Positions 17,606 through 27,185 of a DNA stretch of 28,047 nt are shown piece by piece. The stretch is from Promethearchaeota archaeon (GTDB lineage Archaea > Asgardarchaeota > Lokiarchaeia > Sigyniarchaeales > SOKP01). Below the pieces are notes generated by a model. It was not told where the DNA came from, ran no database searches, and saw only the letters and a list, made by a program, of their open reading frames with translations. Position 1 is the stretch's first letter, and each line of letters starts with the position of its first letter. Position numbers and translations under genes: made by a program. Location of the stretch: NCBI GenBank assembly GCA_013375475.1, contig JABXKD010000037.1:6246-34292 (forward strand). Reading direction: 5' to 3'.

Positions 17606-18268
17606 TTATTTTTCGTCTAAGGCTTTCTTTGAATATAATCTCTGTCTTAGGGTAACTTGACTAGTATCAATGTCATGGTCTACTAGTTCTACGTTAGCTA
17701 ACTCCTGTACCGCTCTTAAAATGTAAGCGCCTCCAATTCCCGTAGTATTTTTTAACTCATCGCGAGTCATGGTTTCCTTTTCTCCATGGAGCGTCATTAA
17801 AATTCGATAGTGTGCTTGACCCTGCCAAATCTTTTCCACAAGAACTCGAAAAATAGATAGTAGCGCTGTTATCCTTTCAAAATCCAAATCTTGAGACTCC
17901 GCTTCTTCAGCTAATTTAGCAAATTTCGCTAGTTCGATCTTTACATTTTCGTATTCTTTTAATAGACGTTTTTGCTCCTCCGTCATAGTTCCAATTTTCT
18001 TGTCTCTTTCTTGTTTTTCTAATTCAAGTTTTTGTGTTTCATGTTCCAATATCTGCTTGTCTTTCTCCAATTTTGCTTTTTCTTGCTCTAATTGAACTTT
18101 TTCCTCTTCGAGCGTTTTTTTATCTCGACTTAGCTGTTCTTTATCCTTTTCCAGCGTGATTAATTCTGTTTTTGCAGTCTCTAAAACCTCTATAAATTGT
18201 TTAAAATTATCCTCAACAGATCGCAACGAGTTTTCTATGATTTCTGAAGCATTTTTTTTTTCTGACAT
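17606..18268 (-). CDS. Coiled-coil (leucine heptad repeat) protein with C-terminal winged-helix-like domain
   Basis: Seven consecutive L-E-x-[DE]-K-x-x-like heptads, then HYRILMTLHG..MTRDELKNTTG..ILRAVQELANVELV (wHTH pattern). Confidence 0.8.
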   Translation of the reverse strand: MSEKKNASEIIENSLRSVEDNFKQFIEVLETAKTELITLEKDKEQLSRDKKTLEEEKVQLEQEKAKLEKDKQILEHETQKLELEKQERDKKIGTMTEEQKRLLKEYENVKIELAKFAKLAEEAESQDLDFERITALLSIFRVLVEKIWQGQAHYRILMTLHGEKETMTRDELKNTTGIGGAYILRAVQELANVELVDHDIDTSQVTLRQRLYSKKALDEK

Positions 18269-18411
18269 TAGGTTTCACATAAATCTTTTTTATTAATAAT
18301 TATAAGTTTAATTTAAATATATAAGTTAAACTAAGTATAAAATATTGAACTCTGTATTTGATTGAAAATTGTTAAATATTTAACGAAAAAACTATTAAAA
18401 AATAATAATTC

Positions 18412-20145
18412 ATGAGTGTTTTTGATAAGGAAGATCGCAAGTTCTTTAAGAGGATAATAATTTTAATCGTTTTATTGGTGCTCTCCCTTTCTTATTTAGT
18501 TTACGATAGGTCCATTAGTTATAATCGTTATGAAAGGGTTGAATTTCAATCTGCTGGTGCAACACTTTATGCAAATTTATTTTATCCAACAAAAAATTTA
18601 GGATTTCAAGATCAGAGACCTCTAGTTATTTATTGTCACGGTATAGGGAGTCAGAGAGATTTTGATCTTAGGATTCCTATCGAACTCTCAAAAAGAGGTT
18701 TTTATGTAGCAGCTTTAGATTACCAGGGACATGGTGAAAGCGGAGGGAATATCATAAATATTGATCCTGTCTTAAACATGCCTGCATTAGCTCAAGATTG
18801 TTCAAGACTTCTTGATAAACTCGAAAGTTTGCCATTCTATTCAGATGTAAATACTTCTCAGATTGGATTAATAGGGCATTCTTTAGGAGGTTTTGTTTCG
18901 CTTATGAATCAAGCTTTAGATCCTCGGTTCAATGTTACTGTTGCGTGGGCTCCCTTGGTGAATTTTGATCCTAATGTAATTCCAGTTATTCCTCCTGTTT
19001 TCGATGAGTACATTCCTGCTAATCTACTAAATTCAACAAATACAAATAATCTTTTGATTATCATGCATGTAGATGATGAAGTAATAGCTTTTGAAGATCA
19101 AGCATTAGTAGCCCAAAATTTAACCGGATGCGATGTAATTCCAATAACAGAACCTTTAATTGGAGGAGGTCACCAATTATTTTCAAATACCGTTATAATT
19201 GAATCAATAAAATGGTTCGAGAATTATTTTTTCAACTCTGAAACCATAAACGGACCAATCAACATAACATTCTTAGTAAACTATGCTATAATTTTTATAA
19301 CATTGATACTACTAATATTAATCGTTTTATCGCTGACGATCTACACGTCTAAATTTTTCCCATACAAGAAGGAGAGTTTAGAGAAACCCATACCGATAAT
19401 AACGGGAAAACTTTCAAAAATTAAGGATCGCGCAACAAGGATAAGAAAAATTTTGCAAATTATAGTTTATACTACACTTTTCTTACTCAATTGGGAGATA
19501 TTTGAAAGAACCCTAGGTCTATTAGGTATCTTTTATGCTTCTCTCAATATTACCATAGTTTATTTTACAGTCAAAATTGTCATTTATCTGCGTAAATTAA
19601 AGGATGAAAAAGTCAAATTTGATTTAAAACATATATGGGATTTGATTAAATCTGAATTGCAATCGAAATATCTAGTGTATGCTTTAATTTGTAATGGTTA
19701 TTTCATAGCTATATATTTGATTTTTAGTTTTTTTTATCCTTTCGCTTTCATGTGGCCTTCTAATTTCTTCGGTACTTTGTTAGCCGCAGCTGTAGTATTC
19801 CCTGTGTATTTCTCCTTAGAGCTTTTATACAGAAAAGTCATATACCCTCAATTAAATTTTATAAAACGAGAACGAATAAAATCCTTTTGGATAATTATAA
19901 TCGCGGTATATATACATATCAATTTAATGACATTAACTTGGACATGGGCTTTCTTTCCGTCTGTAATATTTATGTATCTTATTCTATTATATGCGATAAT
20001 CCAGAATACCTTAATTTTTGAAAACACTCAAAGATTTAGTACTGTTATTTTAAGTTCCTATATAATCATCCAACTTTTCTTTGCTGCCGTAGTCTCTAAC
20101 GCCATTGGTATAGGTTCGGCACTTCATTTGTTCGTATCTATTTAG
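18412..20145 (+). CDS. Membrane-anchored alpha/beta hydrolase with C-terminal multi-TM domain
   Basis: N-terminal TM; HG oxyanion motif, DYQGHGES, GHSLGG nucleophile elbow, candidate Asp (DDEVI) and His (GGHQ); about 8 TM helices in the C-terminal half. Confidence 0.88.
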   Translation: MSVFDKEDRKFFKRIIILIVLLVLSLSYLVYDRSISYNRYERVEFQSAGATLYANLFYPTKNLGFQDQRPLVIYCHGIGSQRDFDLRIPIELSKRGFYVAALDYQGHGESGGNIINIDPVLNMPALAQDCSRLLDKLESLPFYSDVNTSQIGLIGHSLGGFVSLMNQALDPRFNVTVAWAPLVNFDPNVIPVIPPVFDEYIPANLLNSTNTNNLLIIMHVDDEVIAFEDQALVAQNLTGCDVIPITEPLIGGGHQLFSNTVIIESIKWFENYFFNSETINGPINITFLVNYAIIFITLILLILIVLSLTIYTSKFFPYKKESLEKPIPIITGKLSKIKDRATRIRKILQIIVYTTLFLLNWEIFERTLGLLGIFYASLNITIVYFTVKIVIYLRKLKDEKVKFDLKHIWDLIKSELQSKYLVYALICNGYFIAIYLIFSFFYPFAFMWPSNFFGTLLAAAVVFPVYFSLELLYRKVIYPQLNFIKRERIKSFWIIIIAVYIHINLMTLTWTWAFFPSVIFMYLILLYAIIQNTLIFENTQRFSTVILSSYIIIQLFFAAVVSNAIGIGSALHLFVSI

Positions 20146-20355
20146 TTATCATAAAATAATCTCTATTTTTTCAATATAAACTCAATTCCAATTTCAAATT
20201 CTTAATTAAGCATTAGTAATTATTAGAAAATACATTATATTCATAATTGAAATATTATCAAATTGTGATTCATTATAACGTTAGATAACCAACCAAATTC
20301 TAAATCTGTCAAAAGTCGGCGATTTATCTTAGGAGTCTCTATCCCTGTATTTTTA

Positions 20356-21513
20356 ATGGGACTTGTCTCTCTTTTTACGGATATTTCAAGTGAGAGTATC
20401 CAAAGCATATTACCTCTGTTTATTCTTGAAATCGGAGGTAGTACACTGGTTTTAGGTCTAATTTCAGGAGTAACAAATGCCATTGCAAATATTTTAAAAG
20501 GAATAACAGGTTGGATGAGCGATAAAATTAACAAAAGAAAACCGTTCATCGTAGCAGGCTATACTCTCTCAAACCTCTCAAAACCTTTAATTGGACTAAG
20601 TCCATCATGGGGGATGGTATTAGGATTAAAAACTACAGATAGGATAGGGAAGGGATTAAGAACATCCTCAAGAGATGCCCTTATTTCATATTATGCTGAA
20701 AAAAAGGGTAAAGCGTTTGGATTACATCGCGCTATGGATACGTTAGGGGCCGTTTTTGGATCATTACTTGCTTTTCTTCTATTGTTTTTAAATTTTGATT
20801 ATTCACAAATAATCTTATTCTCTATAATCCCGGGACTTATAGCGATTGCCTTTTTATTGCCTGTTAAAGATGTGTCTCCAGAAGAATTAGATAAAAAATT
20901 AGGAAAGAAAAATCAAACAAATAAGATAAAGAAAATTGATAGAAACTTTATAAAGTTAATAGTCATACTTGGAGTTATTGAATTTGCTAGTTTAGATGTA
21001 GTGTTTTTAATACTGAGAGCTTCCGACTATATCCCTCCTGGCTTAATCTTCCTTATACCTGTCTTTTATCTAGTTTTGAATGTAGTTTATACCATCTTTT
21101 CCCCAATTAATGGTTCCTTATCGGATAGATTTGGAAGAAAACCGATAATTATTATTGGATTATCTATTTTATTGATCTCTTGTGTAATTCTTGCTTTTCC
21201 CATAGAGGTTTCCCTATTTTCAGTGCTTCTAATAATAATTATTTATATTATGCATGGTTTTTACTTGGCCTCGGTAGATCCTATTTCTAGAGCATATATT
21301 GCTGACTTGGCAGGTAAAGAAAAAAGAGGGCGAGCTTATGGGTATTATTATTTTTCAGTTGGATTCATTAGTATGGCTGAGGCTTTAGTTTTCGGTTATT
21401 TATATGACGCATTTTCATTTACTTGGGCATTTATCTATATTTCAATTCTATTAACTGTATGTATTGTTATCTTTGCGATTACAGATTTTTCTAAAATAGT
21501 GAAAAGGAATTGA
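20356..21513 (+). CDS. MFS transporter (start probably upstream, near 20275)
   Basis: GWMSDKINKRKP and GSLSDRFGRKP motif A copies, DRIGKGLR..RDALI, GKAFGLHRAMD. Confidence 0.92.
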   Translation: MGLVSLFTDISSESIQSILPLFILEIGGSTLVLGLISGVTNAIANILKGITGWMSDKINKRKPFIVAGYTLSNLSKPLIGLSPSWGMVLGLKTTDRIGKGLRTSSRDALISYYAEKKGKAFGLHRAMDTLGAVFGSLLAFLLLFLNFDYSQIILFSIIPGLIAIAFLLPVKDVSPEELDKKLGKKNQTNKIKKIDRNFIKLIVILGVIEFASLDVVFLILRASDYIPPGLIFLIPVFYLVLNVVYTIFSPINGSLSDRFGRKPIIIIGLSILLISCVILAFPIEVSLFSVLLIIIIYIMHGFYLASVDPISRAYIADLAGKEKRGRAYGYYYFSVGFISMAEALVFGYLYDAFSFTWAFIYISILLTVCIVIFAITDFSKIVKRN

Positions 21514-21545
21514 AATAATTAAGTGAAGCGTGTTATTTTCCAAAC

Positions 21546-22799
21546 TTAAGCGGTAATCCATAACTTTGCTAAATGTAATAGAACTTCTGAGGCTTTCTGT
21601 AGTGCTAAAGTGGGAATATGTTCTTTTCTAGAATGGAATAATGATCCCCCAGAAAATATATTGGGTGTGGGTATCCCCATTTCGCTTAATCTTGAACCAT
21701 CGGTTCCTCCTCTAATAGAATGAAACTTAACTTCCAATCCCGCCATTTCTATAGCTTTTTCTGCCAGATCTACTACAAATTTGTCTTTTTCAATAAAGCG
21801 AAGCATGTTACTATATTGGTGTTCGAATTGAAGATTTATTCTTAAGCCTGGGTATCTTATCTCGTAAAGCTCTTTTAATTTATTAAGGAAATTCATCCTT
21901 TCTTCATTGTTTTCTTCTACATAGTCTCTGATTATTAAACCTGCTTTAGCTTCTTCAACTTCTCCTTTAAATCCTGTTACGTAATAAAAACCTTCTCGAT
22001 CTTCAGTATTCTCTGGGGACTCCTGTTCTGGAATTTCGCTAAGGAAACGACTTGCAATATGGGCGGCGTTAATTAAAAGATTTTTCGCGTAACCTGGATG
22101 CACGCTAAGTCCTGTGAAGGTAATTGTTGCCTTCCACGCATCAAAACATTCGAACTCTAATTCACCCATTTCTGAACCGTCCATGGTATAACAAATTTCG
22201 GGTAACCTTTTTTTGTTAATATTAAGAGTTCCCTTTCCTACTTCTTCATCGGGAGTAAAGCATATAGTAATAGGTCCATGTTTCAGTTCTGGAAAATTAC
22301 GCCAAGCAGAACAAGCCGCCATAATTTCTGCTATACCTGCCTTATCATCAGCTCCAAGTAAAGTATCTCCTTCTGAAGTAATTATGTCTAATCCTATGTA
22401 ATCCTTTAATATTGGAGAATCTTCAACCGTGAGTTTAATATCTTTGTTTGCAAATTCTATGGTTCCGCCGTCGTAATTTTTGTGAATAACGGGCTTGACA
22501 TCCTTACCGCTTACTGCCTGAGAAGTATCAATGTGAGCTATTAAACCAATTCTTCTAACCTCTTCTAATCCGTTACTTGCAGGTAAATCTGCGTAGACAT
22601 AACCGTAATCATCGTGTATCACATTATCTAGATCTAATTCCTTTAGTTCAGTGGTTAAGATCTTTCCTAATTCAAGTTGATTTTTTGTTGATGGTGCTGA
22701 TTGGGAAAGATCATCAGAGGTGGTCCACACTTGAACGTACTTTAAAAACCTATTTACTGAATCCTCTAGTAAAAATTTTTTTATTTCTTCTAAAAGCAT
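21546..22799 (-). CDS. pepT: Peptidase T (tripeptide aminopeptidase, M20B)
   Basis: AHIDT, LLGADDKAG, FTPDEEVG, HPGYAK, IRGGTDG, PTPNIF, FHSRKE. Confidence 0.95.
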   Translation of the reverse strand: MLLEEIKKFLLEDSVNRFLKYVQVWTTSDDLSQSAPSTKNQLELGKILTTELKELDLDNVIHDDYGYVYADLPASNGLEEVRRIGLIAHIDTSQAVSGKDVKPVIHKNYDGGTIEFANKDIKLTVEDSPILKDYIGLDIITSEGDTLLGADDKAGIAEIMAACSAWRNFPELKHGPITICFTPDEEVGKGTLNINKKRLPEICYTMDGSEMGELEFECFDAWKATITFTGLSVHPGYAKNLLINAAHIASRFLSEIPEQESPENTEDREGFYYVTGFKGEVEEAKAGLIIRDYVEENNEERMNFLNKLKELYEIRYPGLRINLQFEHQYSNMLRFIEKDKFVVDLAEKAIEMAGLEVKFHSIRGGTDGSRLSEMGIPTPNIFSGGSLFHSRKEHIPTLALQKASEVLLHLAKLWITA

Positions 22800-22864
22800 A
22801 ATAATCTCGTATATCCTAGGAATAATTAAATATGATAATAATCTTAATATTAAAATTTATTTAA

Positions 22865-23671
22865 TCATTTTCCTTTAAATACCGGTTCTCTTTTTTGTTT
22901 AAAAGACTTCATTCCTTCCCCAAAATCATAAGTTCTAATATTTTTGCAATATAATTTAAATTCGTGCTTAAGAGAAGGAAATAACTCGTTATTTTGAGAA
23001 AAATTTAACATATTCTTATTATAACCTAAACATTTTGTGGGTAGCTTCACAATAGATCGAATAAACTCTTCAGATTCATTATTAAATTCCGATAAAGCGT
23101 AAACTTTATTCACCAAACCGATAGAAAGTGCTTCTTTAGCATCAAGAAGACGCCCTGTCAAAATCATATCTGTTGCCCGCGCAAACCCTACCATTCTAGG
23201 AAGAAGCCAACTTGCTCCACTCATCACACAATGAGCTCGATTAACGCGTTGATCTCCCATTTTAAGATTATCAGCTGCAATGCGAAAATCGCAAGCGAGA
23301 GCAAGTTCAAATCCTGCTCCTAAACAGTAGCCTTGTAATAAAGCAATAAATGGTTTTTGAATTTCTCTTATCAATCGAATAACTTTATGATGTGGAAGTT
23401 TAGACCCATCATCAAGTGGCTTAAACTGTACCCCGTTGGGACCCATACTCTTTAAATCATCGCCTGCACTAAACGAATGACTATTACCCTCAATAACAAA
23501 AGCGCGAATTAGTTTGTTTTTAGAATTTGATTCTAAAACAGTAATAATTTCCAATAATAGTGGATAATTTAGAGCGTTTAATTGTTTTGGACGATTTAAA
23601 GTAATTTTTCCGATGCCCTTTTCAATTTTGAACAATATATTCTCAAATTCCGTTTGAATTATCATTATCAC
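22865..23671 (-). CDS. Enoyl-CoA hydratase/isomerase (crotonase family)
   Basis: ITLNRPKQLNAL, FSAGDDL, GAGFELALACDFR, EALSIGLVN, KREPVFKGK. Alternative ATG at 23665. Confidence 0.93.
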   Translation of the reverse strand: MIMIIQTEFENILFKIEKGIGKITLNRPKQLNALNYPLLLEIITVLESNSKNKLIRAFVIEGNSHSFSAGDDLKSMGPNGVQFKPLDDGSKLPHHKVIRLIREIQKPFIALLQGYCLGAGFELALACDFRIAADNLKMGDQRVNRAHCVMSGASWLLPRMVGFARATDMILTGRLLDAKEALSIGLVNKVYALSEFNNESEEFIRSIVKLPTKCLGYNKNMLNFSQNNELFPSLKHEFKLYCKNIRTYDFGEGMKSFKQKREPVFKGK

Positions 23672-23763
23672 CTTGTTAGAAAGATAATATGAAATTAAAC
23701 TTAAATCTGATTATAAGATTTGGAGAAAAAAATTAATAATGAGGAAAGAAATAAAAAAGTAAA

Positions 23764-24459
23764 TTACCAAATTGAGAATTTTTGGTCAATTTTTGCCCCA
23801 AATACTATCACGTAAGGTATTATTAAATCCCACAAACTCGTTTCAGCATTAATAAAAATCACTACGATAATAATTGCAGTCCAGCCTGTTACGTCTGGTA
23901 GTCCCAAAAAATCCAAGCTCACGAATGGAAAAGCATATGCCAATATTGTTACAAATAGTAAATAGTTAGCTATCATCATGACTCCAATTCTTAAAAGTAT
24001 TCCAAGTAAACCGTAAACAATATAATTTCTAGGTTTTTTAATTTTTTGGCTGCTTTTAACTCCTTCCTTATATCTAAATAATTTTAAAAATAATATAGGC
24101 ACTATTATAAGAGCAAATGTCGCCGAAAATTTCATTAAAGGGCCTATTATTAGTAAAGATTGGTCAAATGGCATTAAACCTAATGTCCCAATAACACAGC
24201 ATAGCATTCCCGACTTAGCTCCAAATACGAGAAAACATATTATCCATATTATTGATACGGGATCTATAAATGCGATCCCCCATCCAGGAATCCTTGGGAG
24301 GATATTTGTTGTAAATGCAGAAACGACTAAAGAAAGGGCGCCAAAAAGGGCCGCTCCAGATATCTGTAACACAATTCGAGAAGATTTTGACATAGCAGTT
24401 TCTCTTTCTTCTGCGAATTGCTCTTGTGATAAATCTGTCATTTTTTGTTTAAATTCCAA
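23764..24459 (-). CDS. ECF transporter S-component-like membrane protein
   Basis: About 6 TM helices, AALFGALSLV (AxxxA) in TM1, IP..FIDP..FG pattern of S-components; substrate unknown. Confidence 0.7.
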   Translation of the reverse strand: MEFKQKMTDLSQEQFAEERETAMSKSSRIVLQISGAALFGALSLVVSAFTTNILPRIPGWGIAFIDPVSIIWIICFLVFGAKSGMLCCVIGTLGLMPFDQSLLIIGPLMKFSATFALIIVPILFLKLFRYKEGVKSSQKIKKPRNYIVYGLLGILLRIGVMMIANYLLFVTILAYAFPFVSLDFLGLPDVTGWTAIIIVVIFINAETSLWDLIIPYVIVFGAKIDQKFSIW

Positions 24460-24670
24460 TTTTAATTATAGTTACGGATTGGAATTTACTTATTTATTTA
24501 ATATTAACCAAATAATTATTCTTCTATTTTTAGGCACTTTGTTTGAAATCAGATTATAATTGTTTAGTTCTATTCGAATTGATGATTATTTTTGAAGGAT
24601 ATATTTGGTTATAAAAGTTACATCAAGATTTTGCCTTAGTAACTCCATCTAATTTAAGTATTTATCTACT

Positions 24671-24707
24671 CAAAAAGGGGTAAATCAAGTATTATTATAA
24701 TTGATTT
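24671..24707 (-). terminator. Possible hairpin plus T-tract terminator after rfcL
   Basis: AAATCAA (24682-24688) pairs with TTGATTT (24701-24707); followed on the minus strand by ACCCCTTTTT. AT-rich and weak. Confidence 0.3.
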
Positions 24708-24735
24708 GCATGAGTTTTTTAAATTAGTTCACTTT

Positions 24736-26106
24736 TTATTTCAAAATTTTTTTTTCTTTAGCGTCTAATTCGAACCAATTACTTACATTTCCTAAATGTT
24801 TTCTGGAAGAATTGCATAATAATCTTAAAAATGGGATAAAATCTTGAACAACTTCGATGTCAGAGATATTATACTTCTTTTGAATTTTCTCTACTATTGA
24901 TTTTTCATTCGCAGAGAGTGAAAAAAATCCCGAAGATGTATATCTCGGAAACACAACCCTACGATACCCTTCATCTGGGGATCTATTTTTCCTTGATAAA
25001 ACAACGCCGCCGGCAAAGAGATCGTAGAAATATGGTAGTAAGGACCAATATTGGTTTTTACGAATTCTACCGAAAATCTCGTCAGCTGAGGAGAGGTTTT
25101 CATAAGCCTCAGTGATTTCACTATTACTTCGAATAAACGAAGTAAGGTTCTCGTTAATCCATTTATACAAGAAATTATAATCTACATTAGATTTATTAGT
25201 TATTTCTCGCGCTTCCTTTAATGAGTTAGCTTTTTGAAATAAATCTCTAATTAGAACAAATATCTCTTCCGTATTATCTCTATTTAATTTTGAAATTAGT
25301 TCTCGACTATCTTTCTCTGAGGAACCTTGGCTTATACCCTGTAAATCGTTAATAACTCCACGCAGATCTCCACTATTTTTATTGATAATTAAATTCAAAT
25401 CATTAACACTCAAATTAGATATCTTTTCTTTAGCTACTATTTTTCTTGCTATTCTCAGCATTTCGTCATTAGATAAAGAGTCTACTTCAAATTTTCTGAT
25501 TTTGTTGTAAAGCGATTGGAGATTCTGTTTATATTCATTAGAGCACATAATAATAGGAAATTGCGTATTTTCAATAAGCTTAATAATGGTTGGAACAGCA
25601 CCTCTATCCGTAACGCCATAAATCCCATCAATTTCATCGATTAATATCAACTTCTTTTTACTTTCAACCACAAAATCCATTATTCCTCGTGATTTTGTTG
25701 TTTCCCTCAGTTTGGTTTCTAAAGCTGCTTTTGTACGCGTATCAGAAGCATTAGTTTCTATTATCTCCATATTAAGATCATTAGCTAGTGCATACGCAAT
25801 CGTAGTTTTTCCCACTCCTGGAGGACCTTCAAGTAATACTGCTGCTTTCTCAGGAGCTAATTTTAATTCTTCTTTTTGTTCTTTTTCCAGATGAGTTCTA
25901 TTATACGCTCTAATATTTTTGTTTGCTTCGTTTATCTTGCTTTTTTCTTTAAAGAAATTTAATATAAATTGTCTTAATTCTTCGGCAATGTTAACTTTTT
26001 GCCTTCCAACTTTGGCAATTGGTAATGCCATCTCTTTAATTGATTTAGGGCGATATTTCTCTACCCATGGAGCTTTATCATTAGAATCTATTGTCAAATA
26101 AAACAC
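24736..26106 (-). CDS. rfcL: Replication factor C large subunit
   Basis: PWVEKYRPKS, GPPGVGKTT, ETNASD, LIDEIDG, GDLRGVIN, WINEN, LSSAD..W.L..Y. True start may be TTG at 26097. Confidence 0.92.
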   Translation of the reverse strand: MFYLTIDSNDKAPWVEKYRPKSIKEMALPIAKVGRQKVNIAEELRQFILNFFKEKSKINEANKNIRAYNRTHLEKEQKEELKLAPEKAAVLLEGPPGVGKTTIAYALANDLNMEIIETNASDTRTKAALETKLRETTKSRGIMDFVVESKKKLILIDEIDGIYGVTDRGAVPTIIKLIENTQFPIIMCSNEYKQNLQSLYNKIRKFEVDSLSNDEMLRIARKIVAKEKISNLSVNDLNLIINKNSGDLRGVINDLQGISQGSSEKDSRELISKLNRDNTEEIFVLIRDLFQKANSLKEAREITNKSNVDYNFLYKWINENLTSFIRSNSEITEAYENLSSADEIFGRIRKNQYWSLLPYFYDLFAGGVVLSRKNRSPDEGYRRVVFPRYTSSGFFSLSANEKSIVEKIQKKYNISDIEVVQDFIPFLRLLCNSSRKHLGNVSNWFELDAKEKKILK

Positions 26107-27153
26107 CTATAAAAATTCTGAAAAACTACATAATTTAGCTAGCAAATTCGAAATCTGGATATCGGTATCTCTTCCATCAATTGCTCGAAAATCCGCTTCT
26201 GCTATCAAATTTAATATCTTAGTTCTAGCATATTTGCTAATTGGAATTTTTTCTAATTCAGTAAGCATAATTTGAAACATTTCTTGAGAATTGTATTTAT
26301 AGCTTGTTTGAATTTTCCTTGATAACTCTCTCGATTTAAGGAAATTGCCCTTAAAACACATTAATAATAATCCTCTAACCAAATCGTTTCGAGGATTAAT
26401 TGAATTCTCGTATATCATCTCTGAATCGATCGTGTCCCCACTAACAGCGCAAATTTGAAGTAAATCTATCGCATGTGAGATCTTACCATCTGAAGTTTTA
26501 TACAGAAACTCGATTGCATCCTTTTCGATTTTAAGGGATTCATTTTGAACGATAGTTTGTATTAATCCTTGAAACGAGTCAAAATCAACGGGTGGAATTA
26601 GAAGAATTTGACATCTACTCAATATTGGATCTATAATCCTTGAAATTTTAGTCGTTACTAATATCATTCTACAATTTGTACCATAGATTTCCATCAATCT
26701 CCGAAAAGCTTGTTGATTTGAACCTAAAGATTCAAAATTTTTTACTATGAGAATTTTGAATGGAGCATCTCCTAGGACTTTTAACTGTATAAACGGTTTA
26801 ATCTTAATTCGAATAAAAGCGGGGGTTGTTATTTTTTTTCCCGCCAAACTCCCTAATTTGCTTGTTGAAACATATGCTTCAGAACGGGCTTGTTTCATTT
26901 CCTCGTCAGTTAATGGAACATTTGAATAAACTAATTTTGAATTAGCATCATAATAACTTCCTAAAAATTCCTTTGAAAAAAGATTTGCAATGGTTGTTTT
27001 CCCAATCCCCTCCTCTCCAACAAATAATAAATGCGGGAAATTTCTCTGATTAATCGCTTCCTTTAACCTACTTTTGATTGAATCCCTCCCACATACTTCA
27101 TTTAGGGAATTAGGTAAATATTTTATGCGCCATATCGGAATTTCTGTAAGCAA
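26107..27153 (-). CDS. rfcS2: Replication factor C small subunit 2, ATPase-degenerate
   Basis: WRIKYLP, FPHLLFVGEEGIGKTT, QQAFRRLME, IIDPILSRC, collar domain EADFR..G..IQI; Walker B replaced by IVKNFE; AGGAGG upstream of the TTG start. Confidence 0.85.
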   Translation of the reverse strand: MLTEIPIWRIKYLPNSLNEVCGRDSIKSRLKEAINQRNFPHLLFVGEEGIGKTTIANLFSKEFLGSYYDANSKLVYSNVPLTDEEMKQARSEAYVSTSKLGSLAGKKITTPAFIRIKIKPFIQLKVLGDAPFKILIVKNFESLGSNQQAFRRLMEIYGTNCRMILVTTKISRIIDPILSRCQILLIPPVDFDSFQGLIQTIVQNESLKIEKDAIEFLYKTSDGKISHAIDLLQICAVSGDTIDSEMIYENSINPRNDLVRGLLLMCFKGNFLKSRELSRKIQTSYKYNSQEMFQIMLTELEKIPISKYARTKILNLIAEADFRAIDGRDTDIQISNLLAKLCSFSEFL

Positions 27154-27185
27154 ACACGTGTCCTCCTTATGTATATATATCTATT

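Noticed and set aside
1396-20154. TAG-ending genes (1398, 15606, 20145) each have a backup in-frame TAA within 2-3 codons, suggesting genome-wide TAG recoding
   Set aside because: Many TAA-ending genes here (pyk, 6815, dnaJ, grpE, 13585, 15308) also have a second stop within 1-2 codons, so the pattern fits AT-rich background; the sample is too small.
24460-24735. Riboswitch upstream of the ECF S-component
   Set aside because: No TPP, FMN, cobalamin or SAM consensus seen; only a weak AT-rich hairpin near the rfcL stop.
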